Below are positions 8,011-17,702 of a DNA stretch of 25,854 nt, piece after piece. The DNA comes from a virus (taxonomy: Duplodnaviria > Caudoviricetes). The notes beneath the pieces are model-generated. The model was given only the letters and a program-made list of their open reading frames with translations. It was not told the origin of the DNA and searched no databases. Every line of letters starts with the position of its first letter. The first letter of the stretch is position 1. The stretch spans positions 1 through 25,854 of the IMG/VR virus record IMGVR_UViG_3300025696_000045; one strand, written 5' to 3'. Both the position numbers and the translations under genes were made by a program.

Positions 8011-10958
8011 TGGATAGAGGCGTAATGAGCCGACAAATGTTTGCTAATGGTGGACAAGTGCGGCAGATGCAGGCGGGAGGTTCTCCAATGATGCCCCCCG
8101 CGCCAGAACAAGCGGTGGACCTTGCCGCAGTTCCACAAATGGGGATGGTGGGAATGCCTCCGCCGGAAGTGGGAAGCATGGGCGAAGCCGAAGCAATGGG
8201 CGCTCAAGCGGGCGTCGATCCAGCTGTTTTGGAACAGATGCTAGGGCAAGTTGCGGGCCAATTCGGAGGCATCGACGAAGCGGCAGAAAACGAAGATTAT
8301 GAAGGTGTAATTAACGCCATTCGAGGGGATCAAGCGCCCCTGCAAGAGCGACGAGTGGAACTGGCAGGGGTGGTTGGCGAAGAAGACGCTCAAAGCACTC
8401 CGGATTCAGTTCTAACCTTAGTTCAACCCGTCATGCAGATGGCCGCGATGGACGAAGGGATAGGGAGTTTGGCTCCCGAAGTAATGGATACTCCCGTACA
8501 AGGGGATATGGCCGGGGGCATAATGTCCACGGTAAATATGGGTGCCGAGGAGGCTCCCGTTCCAGTAAATTTTAGTCAAGGCGGCGCGGTTCAATATTTT
8601 GCACCTGAAAACGAGAATCGTGTCGCCGGTGCCCCCGACCCACGCGCCTTAGAGCTTTTTCAACAAGATAAAGCTCTTTATAACCAGCTAATAGGTGTTG
8701 GTGACCAACAAGCGGCCTATGACGAACAGAAAAAGATGACGCAAGCTCAAATGTTATTTGATATTGCGCAAGGGGCGTTGGCTTTTGCTACGCCCGGGGA
8801 TCGCCAAATGAGCCCTGCGGAACGCTTGGCAGAGGTAGCTCAACCTGTGCTGGGTAATATTGGCGCACGGTCTGGCGAATTACTGAAATTTAAACAAGGG
8901 CAAGACGCAGAAAGACGCCAGTTAGATATGGCGGCGTTGCAGTCTTCTCAGACTAAATTGGGGATAGAAACACAAGCAGGAATAGATGCCGCTGCGGCGG
9001 CTACTTTAGCAGAAAGCAAATCAGTAGAAAAAGCCGCAGAATACGCTCAAGAATTATTGTTGCAAAGCAATAAGTTTTCTTTCCAACGCGAAAAAGGCGA
9101 AACAGAACAAGGATATGCTCTACGTTTGGCAAAGGATTTGAGGGAGAGTCGCGAGACACTAGCTAATCTTGAAGGAGCGAATACCGAGTCTCAAATTAGG
9201 CTTCGGAAAGAACTGGAAGCGAAAGAAGCGCGTTTAGCGGAAGCTCACGATTTAGTCCTTCAGGGCAATAAGTTTGATTTCAAGACTTCAGAACGCATGT
9301 CGTCCCAAGAATTTAAGCTTGAGTTGCAGGACGCAATTGATGCCGCTAGTGCATCACGTCAAGCTCTTGGGTTTGCAAACGATGAGAAAACTATTGCTCA
9401 ACGTGCAGAGCTTGATCGACAGTTGGCAGAACTAAACAGTAGGCTACGTGTAACAGAAAAAGCGGTTGATCTGGACAATACTTTAAAAGTGGCTGGTGTT
9501 AAGAACGGTTACGAATTGGCTCAGATGGACAAAGGGCACGACTTCAACCTCGCGCTGGCAGATCACAAAGGCACAATTGCCGCCGCCGCCGCTCAAAGTC
9601 AGCAAATTGCTACGGCCGCCGAGAATGCACTTGATCGTGCGGCTCGCGAAAACTTGCAGATTACAGCGCAAAACTTCAAAGCCTTGTTGCAAGAGGACAT
9701 GCAGGACTTTACCGGTAGCGAGTCTGAAAAAGATAGGTTGCTTACACGGCTTCAAAATGACGTTCTTAATGGGTTTAAAGAGCGCGGTCTGGATATTTCG
9801 CAAGGTAATCTTGATTTGGCGCTGCTTACTCAGATTGCTAACGAAAGCATGGCCGTTCGCAAGCAAGCGTTTGCAGAGGCTGAAGCTAAAGCAGACAGAT
9901 TGGCTCCATCTCTTAAAGTCATAGACAACGATTTGGTGCTATTCAATCCCGAGGATAATTCGGCGGTATCGGTATTCCAAGCGGAATCCGATACCGAGCC
10001 TGTCTTTAAGGTTATTCGTAACATGAGCAATCAAACTACTCGCGTGGTAGATATTACGACAGCCCCGGGAAAAGCGGCAATTGAAGCCGCTAATAACGCG
10101 AATGCGGGCGGAACACAAAAGTTTACTGTTTCCAACATGGGGTCAGACACCGCTCCAACAGCCAAAGCCTTCGCCATCCAAGGTTTAGGAAACGTACTAA
10201 GCTACGATGGTGGAAGAACATACTTAGATGCGGGTGGTCAATCTGTAAGTATGCCAACCACGGGTGTTAACCCACTAAGCGATACGATTGCTGTCGACAT
10301 TGCGGACAAACAACGACTTGCGTTAAGATCGGGTAGAGACTTGGAAGCTTTGGATGAACAACTTGGGATTGTGGCCAAGGGCGGTACGCGGGATAACCCG
10401 CAGGCACTGTCTTCCGAAGAAGCTGGGTTGATGAAAGACGCCATGGAAGCGGCCCGTAATGGTACGGGCCCGTATGCGGGATTTGCAGTATTTTTGGATA
10501 ACACTTTTGGCGGATTTATCCCGCAAGCTCGTAAAGCTTTCCAAGATACGCAGTCAAATCGTCAATTCTTGCGCGGGCTTACTATTCTTACGCGGTCTGC
10601 GCTGGTTGTTAACCCGCGATTCCCGGTTGCGGAGATGGAAAAAGTTGCAGTCCTATTTGCAGACCCGGACAGGTTTTGGGCCAACCCGGAAACAGAGGCC
10701 AATAAACTTATTGAATTAAAACGTTTAGCTACTACTCAGAAAAGAGCTAACCTTCAAGCTTTAAGCGGCGGCCTTCAGGATGACAAAACACGACAGGCCG
10801 TTTTGTCAAACAACTTCGAAATAGACCGGTTATTGAACATGCTTTCAACGGTGCCTTTGCAGTCCGGACAAAAAGTAGATGGCGATACTACCAATGCCCT
10901 GCGCCAGCATATCTTTAATCAACGAGAGGGCACAAATCAACAAGGGGTCACAAATTAA
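8007..10958 (+). CDS. Large coiled-coil putative internal virion / ejection protein
   Basis: 983 aa; Met/Pro-rich N-terminus followed by a long A/E/K/L/Q helical region; lies in the ejection gene cluster. Confidence 0.6.
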   Translation: MMDRGVMSRQMFANGGQVRQMQAGGSPMMPPAPEQAVDLAAVPQMGMVGMPPPEVGSMGEAEAMGAQAGVDPAVLEQMLGQVAGQFGGIDEAAENEDYEGVINAIRGDQAPLQERRVELAGVVGEEDAQSTPDSVLTLVQPVMQMAAMDEGIGSLAPEVMDTPVQGDMAGGIMSTVNMGAEEAPVPVNFSQGGAVQYFAPENENRVAGAPDPRALELFQQDKALYNQLIGVGDQQAAYDEQKKMTQAQMLFDIAQGALAFATPGDRQMSPAERLAEVAQPVLGNIGARSGELLKFKQGQDAERRQLDMAALQSSQTKLGIETQAGIDAAAAATLAESKSVEKAAEYAQELLLQSNKFSFQREKGETEQGYALRLAKDLRESRETLANLEGANTESQIRLRKELEAKEARLAEAHDLVLQGNKFDFKTSERMSSQEFKLELQDAIDAASASRQALGFANDEKTIAQRAELDRQLAELNSRLRVTEKAVDLDNTLKVAGVKNGYELAQMDKGHDFNLALADHKGTIAAAAAQSQQIATAAENALDRAARENLQITAQNFKALLQEDMQDFTGSESEKDRLLTRLQNDVLNGFKERGLDISQGNLDLALLTQIANESMAVRKQAFAEAEAKADRLAPSLKVIDNDLVLFNPEDNSAVSVFQAESDTEPVFKVIRNMSNQTTRVVDITTAPGKAAIEAANNANAGGTQKFTVSNMGSDTAPTAKAFAIQGLGNVLSYDGGRTYLDAGGQSVSMPTTGVNPLSDTIAVDIADKQRLALRSGRDLEALDEQLGIVAKGGTRDNPQALSSEEAGLMKDAMEAARNGTGPYAGFAVFLDNTFGGFIPQARKAFQDTQSNRQFLRGLTILTRSALVVNPRFPVAEMEKVAVLFADPDRFWANPETEANKLIELKRLATTQKRANLQALSGGLQDDKTRQAVLSNNFEIDRLLNMLSTVPLQSGQKVDGDTTNALRQHIFNQREGTNQQGVTN

Positions 10959-13900
10959 TGGAACCCGAAATTGTAACAGCCGACAGCAACCCCCCTAATC
11001 GTAAACCTGTGGTTTTTGACAAGCCGCAGTTTGATGCGTATGTCGCAGGGTTTTCCGGAGAAGGCCGAGACCCTTCTCAGGTGATTGCAGAAATGCTTGC
11101 CGAAGAAGTTTTGGGCTCTGGATCATACCAAGGGTTAATAAGTGGGCAATCCACCTTGTTTGATACTTTCCCCGGATTGAAGGATACGCCCCCTGCGGAA
11201 AGAGGGCTGACTAACGATCAAATAATTAATCTTTTGGCCGTAGACACTGAGGGCAACCCTATTGAAGCTGGAACGTTTTTAGAAGGCTTTGAACGTGAAA
11301 TCGCGCCCGCCGCAACATCTTTAGGCGGTTTTATGTCGGGAGCAAAAATTGGTGCAAAAGTCCCCGGCCATCCCTATATAAAGGCGGGAAGTGCCTTATT
11401 AGGTGGTATTGCGGGGTCTTTGGCGGGTTACAAAGGCGGAGAACTATTAACGGATAAGCTAATTGGCCCTGAAAGCCCTATGCTCCCCAGTCAAACCGCG
11501 GCGTATGAATCTGGAAAAACGGCTGCCGGAGTGTTGGGATGGCTTCCATTCCCATTTATGATTTCTAAAAACGTAGGCGTAGGAACGGCTGAGTTTGTCA
11601 AAAATTTAACCGAGAAAGGTCTAAATCCTTCTCGGTCAACCCGTCTGCTCCAAGGAGCGCAAAACCTTCTTTCCAAAACAGGCACCACGGCCCGCGCCGC
11701 ACCCATTCCTTTCCTTACCGCGGAAGCGATCTCAGGCGTCGGTCAAGTTGGTGGCGCGAGTTTTTCTGAAACGTATTTTCAGGGCAACCCGTTAGCTCGT
11801 ATTTTCTTTGAGGGCGTGGGCGGCGTAGGCGCAACTGTCGGGGCCAGTCCAATGGTTCCCGTTGTAAAACATTATGACAAAATTCTACCAGCTTTGAAGA
11901 GAGTAAAACAAACTTATGAACAGGGAGGGGCAAGTGCCGTTTTGTCCCCTTTAAAGGCTAAACGCCAACAAAAAGCTGTGGAACGGATTGTAGATATTCT
12001 TGAGGCCGAGGGCGAAGACTTAGAAGCCGTAATCGCAAGATTGGCGGGAGATGATCTAGGTGAACTTCTCATTGGAGAAGATGGTAAACCGATTCCTTTG
12101 ACTGCGGGGGCCAAAGGTGGTTCTCCCGCACTGTTGGCTATCGAAGCTTCCCTAGAGCAATTAGGTAGTGGCCTGTCTGCGGAAAGAACCGCAGGCTCAA
12201 AGGCGTCTATAAAAGCTTTGAGAAACGTTATTTTAGCCATGGCACAAACAGGTGACCAAGACGCTATTCAAACCGCCGCTGATCTAGCCGAGGGCGTATT
12301 TAGCGCCCAGCTAAACGAACGGATGGCCTTTGCAACCGATAATGTGATGAGTGCTTTCTCGCAGGTTTCTGGAGATGAAACCAGCAACATTCAGCTTTCA
12401 GAAAAACTATTCGACATAATTACAAATCAACTGTATCAAGCTCGGACTAAAGAAAAAATCCTATGGGAGGCCGTTCCCGAAATTGACATAACCTCCTTTG
12501 CAGACGAGGCCGGAGAATCTACCAATGTTCCCGGTTTTATACGAGCATGGAATCGGCTCCGCGGTGTAACTCCAGAAATGCAGGAAGAGATTGAAGCCAA
12601 CCTGCCTGCTTTGCAAAAGTTTGTTACAAGAAAAACAGATGAATTAGGATTAGGCGGACCCGCTCCGGTTTCTGCAGAATTACGGACGGCTCAGAAACGA
12701 GCCACAGAAGCGGTAAACAAACTTGCCGGAACAACATACGAAAACCGGGTAAGTAGCATTGTAGACACGATGACTGGCGAGGGTGCAACGCAACAAGAGA
12801 TTTTAACTCGCCTTAGACAAGAAGCAAGCGCGTCTCGGGGGCGGATGTCCACACCGCGCACTCGTCAATTGGCGGATGCTCTGGATAAAACCGCAGACCT
12901 GATGGTTATGCAGGGAAATCAGCCTACAGTTGATGGCTCTGGCGTCGTAACCGCCCCACTTACTACTAAAGAACTTACGGAACTTCGCGGAATGGCCTTA
13001 AAATACGTTCGTCAATTTTCCTCTGGAGAAAACCCCGACTACAACATGGCGCGAATTGCTTCTGATATGGCCGGTGCGATGTTCGATGATCTGACCGGAG
13101 TTGACTTAGGCCCTTCTGCCGACAATTACCGTTTTCAATATGACACCGCGAGAGCTTATTCTCGCGCTTTTAACGACACCTTCACTCGTGCTTTTGCAGG
13201 CGAGGCTACAAAAACAAAAGGCTCGGGAGCCGCGAGCATGGGACCAGAGCTTTTGGCTCGTCGTATTCTACAGGGTGGAAACGATCCAGCATACTTACGG
13301 TTAGAACAAATCAATGACATTGGCATGTTTGCCGTAGAAGAAGGTTTAGCCGACGCGGAAACAACCGTTGGTACTCTTCGGGGAGTTACCGAGCAAATTC
13401 TTCGTAACGCTAGATCGGAAGCCTTTGACCCTAACACGGGTCAAGTTAATCCAGACGCTTTGGCTAAATGGGTAGCAAAAAACTCAGACGTGTTAGATCA
13501 GTTCCCTGCACTAAAATTTGACCTTCAAAACGCAGAAAGTGCAAATGTTCTTCTTAAAGAAACCTCTGTAATTAACCAGAAACGACAAGCGGAAGAACTG
13601 GCACAACTTAGCTTCTACGACCTTATGAACCCTGTTGTCAGCGACACGGGCCGCAGGGTCTACGGTACAGAAAGTCCTACTACCGCCATAGCCCGAGCTA
13701 TTAACACAAAGGCACCTATCAAAGGATTAAACAGACTTTTGGAAGTTGTTAAAAACGCTCCAGAAGACATGCAAGAACAAGCGATGACAGGTCTTAAATC
13801 CTCTATTTTGGAATGGGCCGCAACAAAAGCTGGCGGCAGTCACTCCGGAACGTTTAGCCCTAGTTCTCTGTATGATGACATGTTCCGACCTATCAAAGGG

Positions 13901-14650
13901 GCTTCTGGCCGCGTATCTTTGGTAGACTGGATGAAAGAAAACAAGGTCATGAACGAGGCCGAGCTTTCTAACTTAAAAACTTATTTATCTGAAATGGTTC
14001 GTTTTGAAGCGTCGGAAAAAGCGGGTGACATTGGAGAGCTTGTTGATCGGGCTGGTCCTTTGTTTGATTTCTACTTAGGAATTACTGGATCGGCGCTCGG
14101 TACTCGCGCACAACGGCTCGTGACTGGTGGTCAAAGTGGCCCCGGCGCTCTTATCGCTGCCGGACAAGGTGCTGAAACCATGCGCCGTATTTTCAACGAC
14201 ATTCCTGCCGCGCTTCAAACAGATGTTATGTCTGAGCTTATGTCCAACCCGCCGCTTCTCGCTGCAATGATGAGAAAGCCTCGGGGAGATAAGGAACGTA
14301 TTCGTGTGGCCGAGCGTATTGGCAATATGTTAAAAGACTTGGGTTTCTCTCCGATACGTCGAGAACTTCCCGCCGTGCCTCGCGAAATAGATGAAGAAAT
14401 GGAAAAAGAAACAGTACCCTTACCACCTTCAACCCAACAAGGGTCTTTGAATACCGTACCGGTGGGATCTCCCACCCAACAAACCGGTATGGTTACTCAG
14501 CCTAGTCCTGTCCGGCAGGCCGTTGCGCCTCCTCAACAGGCACCTGTACAAACCTCCGGCCCGGTGGATAGGACTAGGTACGCCGCTTTGTTTCCAAATG
14601 ATTCGGCAACACAGTTGATGAAAAGTGGTATTGGAAGTTTAGGAGCGTAA
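10958..14650 (+). CDS. Large putative internal virion / DNA transfer protein
   Basis: 1230 aa; N-terminal Gly-rich hydrophobic segments, helical body, Pro/Gln-rich tail. Position is analogous to podovirus gp16-like ejection proteins. Confidence 0.6.
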   Translation: MEPEIVTADSNPPNRKPVVFDKPQFDAYVAGFSGEGRDPSQVIAEMLAEEVLGSGSYQGLISGQSTLFDTFPGLKDTPPAERGLTNDQIINLLAVDTEGNPIEAGTFLEGFEREIAPAATSLGGFMSGAKIGAKVPGHPYIKAGSALLGGIAGSLAGYKGGELLTDKLIGPESPMLPSQTAAYESGKTAAGVLGWLPFPFMISKNVGVGTAEFVKNLTEKGLNPSRSTRLLQGAQNLLSKTGTTARAAPIPFLTAEAISGVGQVGGASFSETYFQGNPLARIFFEGVGGVGATVGASPMVPVVKHYDKILPALKRVKQTYEQGGASAVLSPLKAKRQQKAVERIVDILEAEGEDLEAVIARLAGDDLGELLIGEDGKPIPLTAGAKGGSPALLAIEASLEQLGSGLSAERTAGSKASIKALRNVILAMAQTGDQDAIQTAADLAEGVFSAQLNERMAFATDNVMSAFSQVSGDETSNIQLSEKLFDIITNQLYQARTKEKILWEAVPEIDITSFADEAGESTNVPGFIRAWNRLRGVTPEMQEEIEANLPALQKFVTRKTDELGLGGPAPVSAELRTAQKRATEAVNKLAGTTYENRVSSIVDTMTGEGATQQEILTRLRQEASASRGRMSTPRTRQLADALDKTADLMVMQGNQPTVDGSGVVTAPLTTKELTELRGMALKYVRQFSSGENPDYNMARIASDMAGAMFDDLTGVDLGPSADNYRFQYDTARAYSRAFNDTFTRAFAGEATKTKGSGAASMGPELLARRILQGGNDPAYLRLEQINDIGMFAVEEGLADAETTVGTLRGVTEQILRNARSEAFDPNTGQVNPDALAKWVAKNSDVLDQFPALKFDLQNAESANVLLKETSVINQKRQAEELAQLSFYDLMNPVVSDTGRRVYGTESPTTAIARAINTKAPIKGLNRLLEVVKNAPEDMQEQAMTGLKSSILEWAATKAGGSHSGTFSPSSLYDDMFRPIKGASGRVSLVDWMKENKVMNEAELSNLKTYLSEMVRFEASEKAGDIGELVDRAGPLFDFYLGITGSALGTRAQRLVTGGQSGPGALIAAGQGAETMRRIFNDIPAALQTDVMSELMSNPPLLAAMMRKPRGDKERIRVAERIGNMLKDLGFSPIRRELPAVPREIDEEMEKETVPLPPSTQQGSLNTVPVGSPTQQTGMVTQPSPVRQAVAPPQQAPVQTSGPVDRTRYAALFPNDSATQLMKSGIGSLGA

Positions 14651-14653
14651 AAC

Positions 14654-16147
14654 ATGTCAATTGTACGATACGCGGAATCGGTCTTATACGACCCCCGAGG
14701 ATATTACGGTGGTGGTGTAGGGGAGCAATTAATAAAAGACGGCGCGGGATCGTCCGGGTTTCAAGCGGGGGATGTTAGTTTATCCGGGGGAGCAGGTTTT
14801 AGTTCTACGGCTATGGGCCATGGCGATAGTACAGCAGTTCGAAATTATGCGGAAGGTGGTATGATATCCACCCCCTATGCCAACTCAATAACCCCAGATA
14901 GACTTCAACCTTCTCCAAAAGCAGGCGGTAAAATTGTAGTTGATTATATTTCAACCGCAGGTCCAATGATGCCATTGATGGAAGACCCCTCAATTATGAA
15001 TCCGGAACCGCAACAGCGCCCGATGCAAGGCGTTGGGGGTTTGTTCCAGCAACAAAACCAGCTTGGCCGTGAAATGGCTGACTTGCGGGGTTCTCCCCTA
15101 CAAAACTATCAAGACTATTTAATGGGTACTTATGGACAGAAAGCCGCGCAAACCGTGCAGGAAGCTGCGCAAAGGGACGTGGAGCATTTTGTGCAGTTGG
15201 TTGACGAAGCCGAGCGGGCTCATTTTGGGGCCGAAGAAAGCTTTGGTTTTGGTGGTGGACAGATGCACCTTGACAGCATGTCTCAATTTACGGACCCTGA
15301 GACTATGGGACAACTTGAGGAAACCCGTGATTACGTCTCAATTATTCACGAGCCGCTGCCCTATGGTGTTGGTGAAAGACTTTTTAAAGAAGGAGGTGCC
15401 GTAACCAAACCAGCTACCTCTGAACAGCTTATCGCCGTAAGACAAAAAATAATGAATGATTATGGGTTTGACCCCATAGACCTAGCTCTTGAACAAAACG
15501 TTGATCCAGAGTTAGTTCTGCGTGTCATATATCAAGAGAATAAAGGCCGTCAGGGACCCGTTAGTGAAAAAGGCGCAATAGGGTTAATGCAGCTTATGCC
15601 CGGAACGGCAAAAGAATTGGGTGTAGACCCTAACGATCCAAAACAAAACGTGATTGGCGGGATTAGGTATCTCAAGCAACAGCTACAGGACTTTGGTACG
15701 GTGCCCTTGGCCCTTGCAGCATATAACGCGGGCCCCGGAAGTGTGCGCAAATACAACGGAATACCTCCTTTTGAGGAAACCCGTGATTACGTCTCAATTA
15801 TTCACGGTGCGCCTAGGGATGAAATATTACCCGCAATGGGAGACTTCTTTCAACTGACAGAAAACTCCGCCCCTGTAGGAAAACCACGGGTCCGGCCCGA
15901 GGGTATTGACCAACCGGGGTTTGCCCCTGCCGCACAAACAATAAGTGAATACCTTATGATGCCTCAAGAGCCTGAAGTTGTAGAGCAGGTTCTCGTGCCA
16001 AAAATAAAACCACGACTGCGACCAGAGGCTTCAAACGAAAATGTCTTTAAGCAGTATGCGGCGTATGATTATGAACAAGAGCTGCCCAGCCCGTTTGCAA
16101 CGGGCGAGGAAAACCAGTCTTTCGCAGAAGGTGGCGCAGTTCCGTAA
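14654..16147 (+). CDS. Virion-associated soluble lytic transglycosylase (SLT domain) protein
   Basis: VIYQEN (candidate catalytic Glu), [26 protein letters not shown] and ETRDYV SLT motifs. Confidence 0.9.
   Translation: MSIVRYAESVLYDPRGYYGGGVGEQLIKDGAGSSGFQAGDVSLSGGAGFSSTAMGHGDSTAVRNYAEGGMISTPYANSITPDRLQPSPKAGGKIVVDYISTAGPMMPLMEDPSIMNPEPQQRPMQGVGGLFQQQNQLGREMADLRGSPLQNYQDYLMGTYGQKAAQTVQEAAQRDVEHFVQLVDEAERAHFGAEESFGFGGGQMHLDSMSQFTDPETMGQLEETRDYVSIIHEPLPYGVGERLFKEGGAVTKPATSEQLIAVRQKIMNDYGFDPIDLALEQNVDPELVLRVIYQENKGRQGPVSEKGAIGLMQLMPGTAKELGVDPNDPKQNVIGGIRYLKQQLQDFGTVPLALAAYNAGPGSVRKYNGIPPFEETRDYVSIIHGAPRDEILPAMGDFFQLTENSAPVGKPRVRPEGIDQPGFAPAAQTISEYLMMPQEPEVVEQVLVPKIKPRLRPEASNENVFKQYAAYDYEQELPSPFATGEENQSFAEGGAVP
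15315..15806 (+). repeat. Exact 36-bp direct repeat TTGAGGAAACCCGTGATTACGTCTCAATTATTCACG (15315-15350 and 15771-15806)
   Basis: Base-by-base identical, 456 bp apart, same reading frame, both encoding [11 protein letters not shown]. Confidence 0.95.
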
Positions 16148-16153
16148 AAACCC

Positions 16154-17602
16154 TCACCGCAACCAATCTTTAGCATCTTCCCCTAGAACTTGACCTGCAA
16201 TATCGATCTTGCTTCGCAGGGCCTGTAGTATCTTCTCATCGATAGTGTCGGGCGAAACCATGTCAATATAGGTGACCTTGTTGCCTTGTCCTATTCTATG
16301 CGCTCGGTCCTCCGATTGCAGTCTAATTTCTAAGTCATAACTGTTTGAAAAGTAAATTACGGTGTTAGCGGCAGTTAGCGTAATCCCGTAGCCCCCGGTC
16401 CGCGGCTGACCGACAAAGAAGCGCAGCGGATCAGACTTATCTTGGAAGCGTGTAACAATATCTTGTCGTTCGTCCTGCGGTGTACCTCCGTAATACGTGG
16501 CAACCGAGTCTTCTCCAAAACGCTCCTTTATGGCCTCTTCGATGCGCAATATGTCATGCGTGTAAGTGGCCCAGATTATGGCTTTGCCATGCACCTCGTC
16601 TGTAAGGTCTAACAGTTCTCTCAGTCTGTTACTCTTCACAGGTTCTATCTCACCCTCATCTGGCTGCAAAAACCCGCAACATATTTGTTGAAGACGCATT
16701 ATCTGCGTAAGAACGCTCGCCGTCGTTGCAAGCTCCCCGCTTTCTAATTTAGCTAGAGCCAGCTTCTTCATTTGGGTGTACAGTTTCTTTTGCTCTGGCG
16801 TAAGTTCTATCTCCCGCCGCACATAAACCTTCTCAGGAAGGTCCAAACAATCCTGCTTCAAAACTCTATTGCTAAACAGGTCTAACTTTTCAGAAAGTTC
16901 GTCTAATCGTCGGTAACCCACGATTTGCTGAAAACTGCGGTGCCCCATTGTGCGTTGTTGGATGTTTGCGTACCGCGATTGGAACGCGAAGTAGCTGTTG
17001 AAACCCAGAGCCTTGTTACGCAGGAAGTCGCACTGACTAAATAAATCCATAGGGCTTTTAGTAATAGGAGAACCTGTCAGGATGCGTCGGTACTTAGAAT
17101 ACTCTTGTAGCTTTACAATGTTCTTTGTCCGGGCCGCCTTGCGGTTCTTGATTGTGGTACTTTCGTCTACAATTACGATGTTGTCCGGGTTTTGATATAG
17201 AAACGCGAGAGCGGCCTCCGTCCCACGGCTCGTGGAAAACGCTTCTACGTTCATAACAAACACTTTAATTCCGTTAAAATCACTAACAATAAAATCGGTT
17301 AATCTTTTTTCTAAGTTTTTTGTTCTGGCCGGAGACCATCTCATTATATCGCGCTGGATTCGATCTGGTAAATGCGCAGGTATTTCATTTTTAACCCAGT
17401 TGTCATAAACTCCTTTAGGGGCCACAACTAACGCTGCATTTATCTTGCCAGCCTCAAAAAGAATCGCCATGGTATCTATGGCTACTTTTGTTTTTCCTGT
17501 TCCCATCTCCATGAACAGAGCATAATACTCCTCGGCCCACGAAGCTTCTAAGGCGGTTCTTTGGTGGTCATAAGGGTTAGTTTTGTATTCAAATCCACGC
17601 AT
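16154..17602 (-). CDS. SNF2-like superfamily 2 helicase
   Basis: Q motif PYDHQ, MEMGTGKT (Walker A), VDEST (Walker B), LTGSP, GYGITLT, QSEDRAHRIGQ. Confidence 0.92.
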   Translation of the reverse strand: MRGFEYKTNPYDHQRTALEASWAEEYYALFMEMGTGKTKVAIDTMAILFEAGKINAALVVAPKGVYDNWVKNEIPAHLPDRIQRDIMRWSPARTKNLEKRLTDFIVSDFNGIKVFVMNVEAFSTSRGTEAALAFLYQNPDNIVIVDESTTIKNRKAARTKNIVKLQEYSKYRRILTGSPITKSPMDLFSQCDFLRNKALGFNSYFAFQSRYANIQQRTMGHRSFQQIVGYRRLDELSEKLDLFSNRVLKQDCLDLPEKVYVRREIELTPEQKKLYTQMKKLALAKLESGELATTASVLTQIMRLQQICCGFLQPDEGEIEPVKSNRLRELLDLTDEVHGKAIIWATYTHDILRIEEAIKERFGEDSVATYYGGTPQDERQDIVTRFQDKSDPLRFFVGQPRTGGYGITLTAANTVIYFSNSYDLEIRLQSEDRAHRIGQGNKVTYIDMVSPDTIDEKILQALRSKIDIAGQVLGEDAKDWLR

Positions 17603-17623
17603 TTTAAATTCCCTAAATACTGC

Positions 17624-17651
17624 TTGACAAGAGCGGAGTATACGATATTAT
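17624..17651 (+). promoter_or_regulatory. Sigma70-type promoter for the rightward replication operon
   Basis: TTGACA (17624-17629), 16-bp spacer, TATTAT (17646-17651); RBS AAGGAG before the ATG at 17703. Confidence 0.7.
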
Positions 17652-17664
17652 CCGTATTTGTCAA
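17637..17664 (-). promoter_or_regulatory. Sigma70-type promoter for the leftward SNF2 helicase gene
   Basis: Minus-strand TTGACA (17664-17659), 16-bp spacer, TATACT (17642-17637). Confidence 0.7.
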
Positions 17665-17702
17665 GGCCCGACAGGTGCCTTTAACCACGAAGGAGACTCG
17701 AA

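Noticed and set aside
15315-15806. 36-bp repeat as a CRISPR array or a DGR template/variable repeat pair
   Set aside because: Only two copies, 456 bp apart, inside a CDS; no adenine-specific mismatches; no cas or reverse transcriptase gene in the window.
17663-17682. Small hairpin AAGGC...GCCTT in the rightward 5' UTR as an attenuator or sRNA
   Set aside because: Short, bulged stem with a very short U-tract; insufficient evidence.
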